Assembly (NCBI GenBank): GCA_051362555.1
Contig: CM120642.1
Coordinates: forward strand, 21,576,001-21,640,000
DNA from: Lingula anatina
Lineage: Eukaryota; Animalia; Brachiopoda
DNA length: 64,000 nt
Direction: 5' to 3'
The notes under the pieces are model-generated. The model ran no database searches and was not told the origin of the DNA. It worked only from the letters and a program-made list of their open reading frames with translations. Numbering within the stretch: the first letter of the stretch is position 1; every line of letters begins with the position of its first letter. Below, in pieces: positions 1-11,671 of the stretch. Made by a program: the position numbers and the translations under genes.

Positions 1-420
1 AGTAATTGTGCAAGAGAGTCCGCTTATTGTGTGTTTAATGAATGCCTGTTAAATTGGTGTATACCATCTTACCTCTTTCGATCTTTAATGCTCTCAGCAT
101 CTGACATACTCTTTCTGTCTTTTATGTCGCCTGAAAACAAAAAAATGGAATAGAAACTATCTGTGTACAAATAGGATTTGGGCAAAAATACAGAACTGAA
201 AACTCATTCAAAGTCTATTCATTACAAAATTAATTATTTTCATGAAGACCAGATTTAGTATTATAAGACCAGGTTGCTTGAGCAACACTGTTCGTATGTA
301 TGTGTGCATGTTAGTGTGTGTGCATGCATGTGCACATTTAATATGTGTATAATATCATAATTTAATCTGGGCTCCATTCGACCAGATGCATGGGGAGGCA
401 TGTGAGAGGCGAGATATATT

Positions 421-697
421 ACAAGGACCAAAACTTTCACCCTGAAAATCAACAGCTACAAGAACCAAGACTTGCACCCTGAGAGTCAACAGCTACAAGG
501 ACCAAGACTTGCACCCTGAAAATCAACAGCTACAAGGACCAAAACTTGCACCCTGAGAGACAACAGCTACAAGGACCAAGACTTGCACCCTGAGAGTCAA
601 CAGCTACAAGGACCAAAACTTGCACCCTGAGAGACAACAGCTACAAGGACCAAGACTTGCACCCTGAGAGACAACAGCTACAAGGACCAAGACTTGC
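421..697. repeat. 37-bp minisatellite, about 7.5 copies
   Basis: Unit acaaggaccaagacttgcaccctgagagacaacagct recurs at 421, 458 and onward with 37-bp period. Confidence 0.95.
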
Positions 698-699
698 CT

Positions 700-1020
700 T
701 GGTTGCCCATGCACATGTTGGCCCAACGTTGGGTTTCCATCTAAGTGCTCACTTTGGCCGACGGTTGGCTGAATGTATTTGGCCAACGTTGGCCCAACGT
801 TAGTCAATTTCAATGCTAAAGCATTGCCAACATATTACCAACCAAACTATGTTGGCCCTACATTGGGTCAACTAATATTCAACATGGGCCCAACAATTAC
901 CCAACCTGAAACCAACAGTGTATTTATGTTGGTTCTACTAATAACCAACATCGATCCAACATACCTCAAACCAACATTGCATTAACATTGGGCCAACGGT
1001 AGGCCAACGGGTCACTGAGG
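700..1020. repeat. Cluster of palindromic ccaacgttgg-type motifs, probably the arm of a non-autonomous DNA transposon
   Basis: Repeated gttggcccaacgttggg, ggccaacgttggcccaacgtt and aacattgggccaacgg variants; the partner arm is not seen. Confidence 0.5.
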
Positions 1021-2799
1021 TATCTGCAATTTGCACAATGATTAACGACCCAACCTAAAACCAGGAGCACAGTGATTTACATCATTGAACCAAAGGCAAA
1101 ATAATTTTATCCAGAATCACATACGTAGTAGGGCACTGTAATAACATGTCTGATGCACAGGCAGATCAGTGTCCTGATGAAATATCTTAAGCATCTGAAA
1201 TCTGCAGACTGCAAGGTATAACTGAAAAATTAGCAAGCTGATTAATGGATGAATTCTTCAAAGGACTTGATCTGCCTGTGTTGTGGTTGAAACAAAAAGA
1301 TTAGTGATATATTTTAAACTGTTTAATTAATTCATAACATTACACTGAACAAATACCTTCAACCAACTAAGTAATGTGATGTGAATGGAAAAATAATACA
1401 AAAATACATCTCAAAGAAACTTTTTATAAAGATATTTTAATATTAAATTCAAACAATTGTTAAATGATTCATGTCAAGAAAATTATTACCAGTCCTGTGA
1501 AAGAACTTTCCACCTTATTCCTGGAGTCAAGGCAGTTTTTTCACCCAATCCAAGAATCACAATTATTTCAATTTTTAAAAAATCTTCATTAAATTAAATT
1601 TAAATCCAGAAACCCTTGATTAATATCAGGTAAGATGTTTAAAATTCAAAAGAACTGTCATTAAGTAGATAAGTTACTAGTAAGTCTATAAAATCACATA
1701 AAGTCTCTTCCTTCAGGCAAAATCTCAGACATTGTCTATTTAAATAAAATCAGTGGTCATATGAATGTAATCTTCATTTTTCTCTCTCTTTCCTGTCCTG
1801 CACCTGCATGATCTTTGGCAAAGCATGATTAGTTAGGTGTATCTTCAACATCTTTTTCTTAACAGTCACAGAGGAGTGTACTTCATCTACAAATTAAAAT
1901 ATTAAAAATTTAACTTGAAATATAATGCTGGAATTGATATGCATATGCATTATATGCATAACATTTTTAGGTGCTTGACTATACCTCTTCCCACATCACT
2001 GTGTTCATATACATTATATTAGTAGTTGTGTATTATAATATAATATGATAATCTCCCCATATTCTCTAAGTTAGGCAAAAGCTAATATCTAACTTTTACA
2101 ATGGAGTGTCTGTGTGCAGTTATTTATAGCAAAATTACTAGTAGTTCTTTCATGTACACTTGACCATGAATTCAGTTTTAAAGGGTTCAAAATCCCATAC
2201 AACTGTACTGTACCACTGAATACTACAATGTATATTATTTAGTCATTCCAACAACTCTATCACAAAATTCACTGGCAAGGATTCATACAGACACATAAGA
2301 ACAATTGGCTTTCAAGGACCTTTAAGGCTCTAACTCAAGTATTTTTCAGGGATTTTTAGGTAATAGCCCAGGCAAGTTATACACTAATACATGTTCTGTA
2401 CAGTTATTCTAAAGTGTATATGCCAAAGGAAAAAATTATTTCTATTCAAGCCTAGAAGAAATTAATAGAGTTTTCAATAGAATATCTCTAAAAAAAAATT
2501 CTAACTACATAATATTTATTGCACACTCACACACATACATACTGAAATTAATAATCATAAATTGCAATATTTGTAATAGGTAAACTTAAACAGCACCATT
2601 TACAATCAATCTTTACCTTAAACTGCACTATTTATACTTAATTCATGACAGTATTGATAAACAAAGTTTATCTGGAATTGAACTTTGGGCAAAGTTGCAC
2701 ACCCATCATTCAATTAAAAACCCAATTTGAATCAAGGCCTGAAAATGTTAGAAAACATATGCAAGTCGGGGCACCACAAAATGTGGTATACCCACTATC

Positions 2800-3268
2800 C
2801 AGGGCCGTAGCCTGAGCAAAATGCCAGGGGGGCAGTAAGCGGACACGAGGGGGCAAAGCCCCCGAGGGGGGAGGGGGTGTCCCCCTCCCATGGTGTGGAA
2901 AATTAAAAAAAAAAAAGTATGTATAATACTGCATTCTGGTGCATTTTAACTGTTATTCATTGCTCAATCAGAAGTCAGAAATTGTGGGTTCATTTTGCCA
3001 TAAGTACAGTCATTTTTTCAATATAACACGCCAATTGGCCTGGGGGATAGCTCCCTAAGGGAGGGTGAGCTTTTTGGCATGAAGTGAGTTAGCTAAAAAC
3101 AGTACTCCTTTGTAAACAGATTGTTGAATGATTGTCTAGTGGCCATGAGCGCATTTTCTCACAGAATTGATACCAACTTTGCAATTTTTTTTACCTTTGC
3201 GATTATTATTATTATTATTTTTTTTTTTGCACCTCAAATGCCGGGGGGGGGGGGGGGGGGGGGGCAGC
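2800..3268 (+). mobile_element. MITE, 3'-truncated copy of the family at 44963-45411
   Basis: Starts cagggccgtagcctgagcaaaatgccagggg and is colinear with 44963-45380, but lacks the terminal ggctacggccctg. Confidence 0.85.
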
Positions 3269-3507
3269 AAAATTATAAACATACTTCTACATAGCTATAT
3301 TCTATGCAGTAACAGTACAAACAAAATTATAAACATACTTCTATATAGTTATATTCTATGCAGTAAAAGCACCACAAATGCTATAAAGAATAAATATTGT
3401 ACTTATGAAATGATGTATCTGAATGTTTGATATGTTCTTTATTTTTGTGAAACAACTAATTTCCTTTTAAAGGCTGGCACAAATTAACTTAGAAGTGATG
3501 CATTTGC

Positions 3508-3509
<2 letters not shown>

Positions 3510-3567
<58 letters not shown>
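3510..3567. repeat. Compound (GT)n(GA)n microsatellite
   Basis: Read directly from the sequence. Confidence 0.95.
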
Positions 3568-3569
<2 letters not shown>

Positions 3570-5882
3570 TTAATCATATGTAAGAAGCGACTGAAGGACC
3601 TCCACAGAATAAGAACCTGTAGATTTATTTATGGTACATGAAGTGCAGGCCCTCTGGACCTTCAGCACCTTCAAAGTTTAAATTTGCAATACACAAATGG
3701 AAAATAAAGGTATGATAACAAAACACAGATGCTAGCTGTCATATCCTCAAGAGCATTAAGATTGGTTCACCTAACCAGACTAAAAACCAAAGTTTTGCTT
3801 GCAAAAACAATTCCGTAATGGTCAAAACCAACAGTCCCTTAAATGATTATTTGCCTATCACTTACTGACAAGACATACAAACACAAATATATATTATTCA
3901 TCTGTGTTATATTGCCATTTTTATGACGCTATTCCACTCAAAATGTCAAACCAATGGCGCAATAAAACATATTTTGGGTTAATGTTTTTTTTTTTCTCAA
4001 AATTGATACAATACATTTGCACACACACCCACACCCCGCAGGCAAAAAGTAAACATGTTTAAAGCCAAATTTAAGATTCATATATTTTAAAACATGCCTA
4101 TGGTTAGTTTACAATGTTGTATCTTTCACAACTTCTAGTACCAATTTTGCTACTCGCCAGTAACTATATTATAAGAGAACATTCAGTGAAATCGATGCAC
4201 GGATATTCCTTTGGTGTATAAAATGTTACATAATTATATACTATATCGTCTCGTTAAGTTTATTAGTATAAAACTCGAAAGGCCATTGTATAAACACGTA
4301 TTCTACATATTACCGGTCTCTATGCTATTTTCTCTTGGAGCTGCGCCCCCCTCCCCTCTTTGAAAACGAGGCCAAGTCTAATAATTTCCTAAATAACCGC
4401 CATGCGAGCTAGCCGTCTGCTCCCACAGGGTATTCTGTACATTATTATGTAATTCAGGTGACAAATGATCATAGAGGTCAGTAGAAGATGGAGAAGACAG
4501 ATATTTAGGGTACGTTGCTACAATTGCCACATCTCAGCCAAAAATTAAGCACAAAAAATGACATCAAGTTGCAGGGTATGAAATTCGTATAAATTTGAAG
4601 CCGGGCAGCAGGGCTGGCAACTTGAAAAGTATCCAGCCCTGACCAAAAGTAGCCAGTCCTGATTTTTTTTTGAAAATTGCCTGATTAAACCAATTGCAGG
4701 CAAGAACGATATTGAAACAGGGACTCTTAGTCTCAAAGTGAATTTATTCAAGTAGATTCTTCACTGTCAGCATCTGAAACGTTATGCTCTGAACCCAAAT
4801 CGGAAAAGTCTGATTCACTGTGATTGTCATAATCAGAGGTTAGTTGCATAACCCGCTTGTTACAAATGCTCCATGGGCATACTTCTGAAATCTTTCTGGT
4901 TGTTCATCAAAACCATTTTTTTCCATTAATACCTCTTGGTAAACTTTGTAAACATTAATATGTGTAGTCATACATGTAATGTATTTTTTACCAAGATATT
5001 CAGTCAAATGAGCCTGGAAAATGCAGTGGATTTATTTTCAGATAAAAAGTCATTTCTTCATACTTGTGAACTCCTGAATATTTAATCTTGCATATATGTC
5101 CAATTTAAAGTCATAATAACTCTTCGTTTTGGCCAAAAATTGAATTTTCCTGGCATAAACGGCAATTTTCCCGTACTTACCAATGGTCAACAACCCCATT
5201 CCTGCATTCAAAGTAAGTCCAGGGTTTTTTTCCTAAATGCTTGTTTTTTTGTTAAAATCTCTTAAGAGATTTTAACTGACGGAGCCCTCTCTGACATTGC
5301 ATAAGTCACGCGATATCGAGCGGGGTTTTCTGATGACCTACTTAAAACCGCGGGAAAAGCAGACAACAACAACACTTTATTACAATAAAATAAGATTCAT
5401 ACGATATAATCGCCTTACTGCTCAGAATGCATTTATATCTACAACGTGTGCAGTTCTGGGCTTTTCATTATCCGACACATTGAACAAAAACTCGCAACTT
5501 ACGTTTGAGGATTGTGTCATGCGCCTGCTATATCTTATCCTGCCACATGTTATTTTGGTCTCGAATGCACGCGAGAATCTGCGTGATGCACCAACATCCT
5601 TGGCAACGGATGCCTTGACGACCGGGAAGAAAGGCACCGAAAGCCCTATTGACAAGCAGTTTTTAGTTTTACTACAATAACAGCCGTTTTAGTGGTGAAA
5701 TGCAAAATAATATATTTCCATGTGTTGTTTAGAATGTATTACTTGCGGAATTTTGAATCTCAAAGGAAGAGTTATTATTGTTTTAACATGGTTTCGATCA
5801 GGGCTTTTCCCAGGGTTTGGGGTGCAGGGTCCACTTATTGTAAATCTGAAATTTGATAACAGATTCACATGAAGTTTAACCA

Positions 5883-6168
5883 ACCCGCATGAAAATGCAG
5901 TAGTATCGAAGTAGCAAAGAAGCATTAACGCAGTAGTGGTGTGGAGCATATTTGCAGTAGAAATGCAGTATAGCCTACTGCAATTCTACTTCAAAAATTA
6001 CATAGGGTTGTACAGAGGAGGAGCATTAATGCAGTAGATTAGCAGCATGATAGAAGCATGTTTCAAATATGCTAATTAGCTCCCACATCGAAGCAGATTT
6101 GAAGCATGTTTGCAGTATGATTGCAGTAGTCTACTGCGCTGGAGCATCTACTTCGTTTTCGTGCGGGT
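5883..6168. mobile_element. MITE with imperfect 21-bp TIRs
   Basis: acccgcatgaaaatgcagtag versus reverse complement of ctacttcgttttcgtgcgggt (3 mismatches); internal gcagtag/gaagcat motifs are repeated. Confidence 0.65.
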
Positions 6169-7328
6169 TAAGTCTTTAAAAAATACTGTGAGCTGGAGGT
6201 GGGGGGGGGGGGGGGGGCAGTGTTATTTTATCTTATTAAAATATTCAAAATTTGTAATATTTGAATAAATTTCATTAAAAATGGAAGAATATTCATTGTA
6301 TAATAGTTTACTTATATAAATGTCACAAATTTTAAAGTTTTTAAATTGATATTGCTTTCTTCAATTTGCTTTCTTTAGGGGTAACATGTGTTTGGTTTTT
6401 TTAATATACAGTATGAATTAAATTAAGTCAGTCATTAAAAAAATTCCCCCTTTTTATTTAAATTCTCATATTTTTATTACTAATTTTCTTCCTTACATCA
6501 ATACCACACTGGTATATGATAGCATTGCTTATTTATCAAATTCCAGCACCAAATTTTGAACTGTAAATAACACAGGTGGTGCTAGAGTCATAAAATAAAA
6601 CAAATAAAGCAAAATTTTAGGCTATGCAAATAAACAACATTTCAACAAAATCTTCAGTCCCAAAGTTTGAATTTCCATGTTCATATGGTTGTGAGGAGAT
6701 AGCGTGCAACACATTTGATTGACGGGCAGTATGCCTTGACAACAAACTAGATACAACCAGTCCAATCTGGCTGTTGTACCCAGTACTTGTGTAGTTTCTA
6801 TTTAAGGAATGGTCTTTGTTACTAGAGCACTTAGATTTTTAAGCGAATAAATATTCAGTATTCAGCCTGTTATGTGGATAAATTTTGTCTTGTGAAGTTC
6901 TGGAAGGTGTTCACTTTCATAATTTGGTGGTAAGTTTGCTTAGACTTCGTTTTGGGACCACATGTTTTGTACCAAATGTAGGCCACTCTTTTCAGTGCAA
7001 TCCAGGAAGAGAATATGCAACAAAAATTTACTTTTTCAAGATTTTTGTTCTTAAGTTCTAATAAAACATAACCTGTTCGTCGGACAGCCCACCCTGCAAA
7101 TTCACTAGTCCAAACTGAATTTTTACTTGTGGAGCCCTGCTTTGGTGTCATCATACACTTTATTTGACTGTCTGATACCTTCCTGTGTTCTTTTCTTACA
7201 TGCTGGGGCATCACATACGTTATTAGCACCAAAATACTTACAGAGGGTAGACTGCGACAGGGGTACTCCTGACTGCGACTTGGGCGCAATCTTGTATAAT
7301 CCACGTGCGTCGTGACGTCATTCAATTA

Positions 7329-10080
7329 ATTGTACCACCAGCGTTAGCGCTGGCGGTACACATGGTTTTAGTCCCGTCCGGATCGTTCCGCCGGCTCCGC
7401 CGGACGGCTACCGTTACCGCTTCTCCTCCTAGATGGTAAGGGCCCCCGTACCCATCTCTTGGATTTAGGTCACCTATAATCTCAACTCGTTCCACGTAAA
7501 ATTTGGGCTTTGTCGGTTTTGGGGTCTAGATGTGGCACTCATTGCAATGCACCCTTGTCTAAAAATGGCAAAATTAAATGCTAATTATCTACCCTACGGA
7601 AGGAATTATGGGAAAAATTTCTACAAAAGTCATATGTGTAGATTTCAAATATGCCCTTGGATTTGACCTTTGACCTTTATTGCAAGGTCAAACGGGCCAA
7701 AATTTTCAAAAAAATGAATTTTTTTACGAAAAAAAAATTATTTGCCCTGTTATTCAGACACCACACAGACTTAACCAATAATATTATTGGAAAGTGTTAC
7801 CCTTCAGGTCATCTTTCATCTCAGTGAATTTGGGGTCAATCGGTGCATTTTCACAGGAGTAGCGGCCATAAGATACCGAAACTGAAAACTGTCTCTAATT
7901 CGGGAACCGTTAATGCTAGAGACCCATTCTTTTTTGCATTTTATAGAGCATGTAAAGCCCAACACTGGAAGTGGTCTCGGTTTTTTTGTATTCCATACGG
8001 TTTTCGAGTTACGCTGTATCAAAAAGTACATATTGGTGATGAAAGCAAAATGTGCAGTATGGTAATGGATAATAAATTTTGAACTCCGGAAAAATAAAAC
8101 ATAAGGCTTGGCAAAGCAGACAACTTGAGGTCAAAAATGACATTATTTCATCAAATTTGAACATCTGGAACTTCAGAGCACGTCCCATTTCAAAAATTTT
8201 GACCAAAATGACCTTTTCTTTAATTAATTTTTTCTGTAGGAAATTTATGGCACATTATGGTTACTCCAAAATTATAACATTTAGTCCCTTATTTCTCCAA
8301 AACTGGCAGAGATAGGTCCATAGTTACTATTGAAGTTGAATAGGAAGTCATATACTGGCCATCTAAATGTGACCTTGAAATTGACCTTTGACCTACTTTT
8401 CACCATGAACTGAACTTCGCAAATTTTGCTTCCCTTTTTATCTCCAAAACTGGCAGAGATAGGTCTATAGTTACTATTGAAGTTGAATAGGAAGTCATAT
8501 ACTGGCAATCTAAATGTGACCTTGAAATTGACCTTTGACCTTTTTTTCACCATGAACTGAACTTTGCAAGTTTTGGTTCCCTTTTATCTCCAAAACTGGC
8601 AGAGATAGGTCCATAGTTACTATTGAACTTGAATAGGAAGTCATATACTGGCAATCTTAATGTGACCTTAAAATTGACCTTTGACCTACTTTTCACCATG
8701 AACTGAACTTTGCAAATTTTGCTTCCCTTTTATCACCAAAACTGGCAGAGATAGGTCCATAGTTACTATGGAAGTTGAATAGGAAGTCATATACTGGCAA
8801 TCTAAATGTGACCTTAAAATTGACCTTTGACCTACTTTTCACCATGAACTGAACTTTGCAAATTTTGCTTGACTTTTATCTCCAAAGTTACGCTGTATCA
8901 AAAAGTACATATTGGTGGTGAAAGCAAAATGTGCAGCACGGTAATGGATAATAAATTTTGAACTCCGGAAAAATAAAACATAAGGCTTGGCAAAGCAGAC
9001 AACTTGTGGTCAGAAATGACATTATTTCATCAAATTTGAACATCTGGAACTTCAGAGCACCTCCCATTTCAAGAATTTTGACCAAAATGACTTTTTCTTT
9101 ATTTTAATTAATTTTTTCTGTAGGAAATTTATGGCACATTATGGTAACTCCAAAATTATAACATTTAGTCCCTTATATCTCCAAAACTGGCAGAGATAGG
9201 TCCATAGTTGCTATTGAACATGAATAGGAAGTCGTATACTGGCAATCTAAATGTGACCTTGAAATTGACCTTTCACCTACTTTTCACCATGAACTGAACT
9301 TTGCAAATTTTGCTTCCCTTTTATCTCCAAAACTGGCAGAGATAGGTCCATAGTTACTATTGAACTTGAATAGGAAGTCATATACTGGCAATCTGAATGT
9401 GACCTTGAAATTGACCTTTGACCTACTTTTCACCATGAACTGAACTTTGCAAATTTTGCTTCCCTTTTATCTCCAAAACTGGCAGAGATAGGTCCATAGT
9501 TGCTATTGAACATGAATAGGAAGTCGTATACTGGCAATCTAAATGTGACCTTGAAATTGACCTTTGACCTACTTTTCACCATGAACTGAACTTTGCAAAT
9601 TTTGGTTCCTTTTTTTCTCCAAAACTGGCAGAGATAGGTCCGTAGTTTCTATTGAACTTGAATATGAAGTCATATACTGGCAACCTTAGTGTGACCTTGA
9701 AATTGACCTTTGACCTACTTTTCACCATGAACTGAACTTTGTAAATTTTGGTTCCCTTTTATCTCCAAAATTGGCAGAGATAGGTCCATAGTTACTATTG
9801 AAGTTGAATAGGAAGTCATATACTGGCAATTTACTGTGACCTTGAAATTGACCTTTGACCTACCTTACAATGAACTTAACTTTGATTGTACCATTTTTAG
9901 TCATATATATTTTTTGCATATTTTGAAAATTCTTGTTGATTGCATTTTTACAGCTTGTCAAGCACAAGACTGGTGGCTGTGTCCCTTATTTTGTGTATGT
10001 GGGGGTCTATATGAATGCGCTTGCTCCAGCTGGTGGTACAATATTCGGAGGCGGTATCGCCTCTCTGATACTCTAGTTTT
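7329..10080 (+). mobile_element. Non-autonomous Helentron-type element (HINE/DINE-1-like), family 1, with central tandem array
   Basis: 14-bp sub-terminal IR attgtaccaccagc (7329-7342) pairs with gctggtggtacaat (10029-10042). There is a 5' hairpin tgtaccaccagcg-ttag-cgctggcggtaca and a 3' hairpin gaggcg-gtat-cgcctc (10048-10063), followed by ctag and a T-run. No TSD. Confidence 0.8.
8295..9870 (+). repeat. About 146-bp tandem repeat in two blocks, within an ~880-bp higher-order duplication
   Basis: ctccaaaactggcagagatagg at 8295, 8442, 8588 and onward; gttacgctgtatcaaaaagtacatattgg at both 8008 and 8887. Confidence 0.92.
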
Positions 10081-11340
10081 TTATGAGAAAGACATCGTAC
10101 AATTATAATTACAGATTATAGAAGAAGCAAAACTTAAACTGTGTAATTAGATGAGATTGTGTGAATTTGAATGACCACACATCGTTCGTCACTTGTCTCA
10201 GAAACAAGCATATAAATGCTGCGTTTGATACTTTGTATCAGATGTTTCATAACATGGGTCTTTGCGTTAGGCATGCAGGGAACACATTGAATAACCATGT
10301 ACTTTCGGTTTTCGTTCATTTTTTGAGAGTGTCGATTTCTTGAAGGGCTAGCCTTATTGTTTTCGTTTTATTTTAGCCAAATCTGCTTAATGTGAACGTG
10401 CATATTGATATACAATTATTTTAGGGGCCAGAAAATGGCCAGACCGACGGACTGGCAACTTTTGGAAAGAGACCGCCCGGGTGACAATTGAGCCGTCCCG
10501 GGCTGCCGGTCCTTATTTCCTACCCTGCCTTAAGGTTGAAAAAAAAAGTGTTGATCACTGTTGATATTTAGCAACGGTTGCCATGGAAATAATGGATGAG
10601 TTATAGAAAATAATATCTTGTCAGATTTTTCTTGGCATACTGTAACTTTCCAGAAAATTTCAAATGGATATTTTACTCCATTCAAAAGTTGTGCCAATTT
10701 TGTTTTATTTATTGGGCAATGAGGTGACACTTTTGGCTTCCACTGTTACATATATGCTTGGATACCAGACTTTTTCAAAATTTTGTGGGCGACTTGCATT
10801 CTTTTAAATTTAATAACTTTTGATTGGCTTGCTTGATTTCCAAAAAATAAAATGTTTTGGAAAGATCATGAATTTTTCTATCACATAAGATCCTTTTGGC
10901 TGATATTTATCTTACTATCAAAGTTGACCTGACCTCTCTAGTGGAATGAAACAAGGCAAGATCTAGATCATCAATATGCCCTACAAATAACTGTTAAAGG
11001 GATAACAACTGGTTGTTTTGGCAAAGAAAGTATATACCTGGGGAAAACAATGATTTTCCAAAAATCCCGTACCCATACTAACAAATGTTTAAATTAATCC
11101 ATTCCAAAATTCAAAGCTAGTCCATGTTTTTTTTTCTAAAAAGTTTTTTTCTGGTAATAATCTGTAAAGTGATTCTTACAGAGGCATAAACAGCCACCTG
11201 GTTTGTTGACAAGCATTGTAAAGTCTGCTACTGAAGAAAATGTGGTGCTTCATTAAATATGTTAATATTATTTCAAGGTTGAATAAAATTTTATATATAA
11301 ATGCCAAAATAAGATGTTGTAATGATCTACATACTGTATG

Positions 11341-11427
11341 TTCTTGCAGAGTTTTCGAGAATGGATGAAAGTGAACATGTTGGCTTTAAATGATAGTATG
11401 ACTTAGTTGATATGGTTTACATCAATG
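11341..11427 (+). mobile_element. Short L2/CR1-type LINE RT fragment, duplicate of ~17555-17635
   Basis: tcttgcagagttttcgagaatggatgaaagtgaacatgttggctttaaatgata is nearly identical to 17556 onward and encodes WMKVNMLALND. Confidence 0.7.
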
Positions 11428-11671
11428 TTCAAGGCAAATAGGAAAAATGCAGCAAATGCCAACATTGCATAGGAGATGTTCTTATAAAACCATCTAGTTC
11501 TGTAAAAGAATGCCAAAATATGATGTTGTAATGATCTGCACATTGCTGTATGAAATAGTTTTTTTTTTTCATCTGATTTTCTTCTTTTACTTTCAGGGAC
11601 TCCCGGCTACTGAATTTCCAGGAAATAGGATATATGCTCCATGAAAGATCTAGGGTTCAGATCCAGACTGA

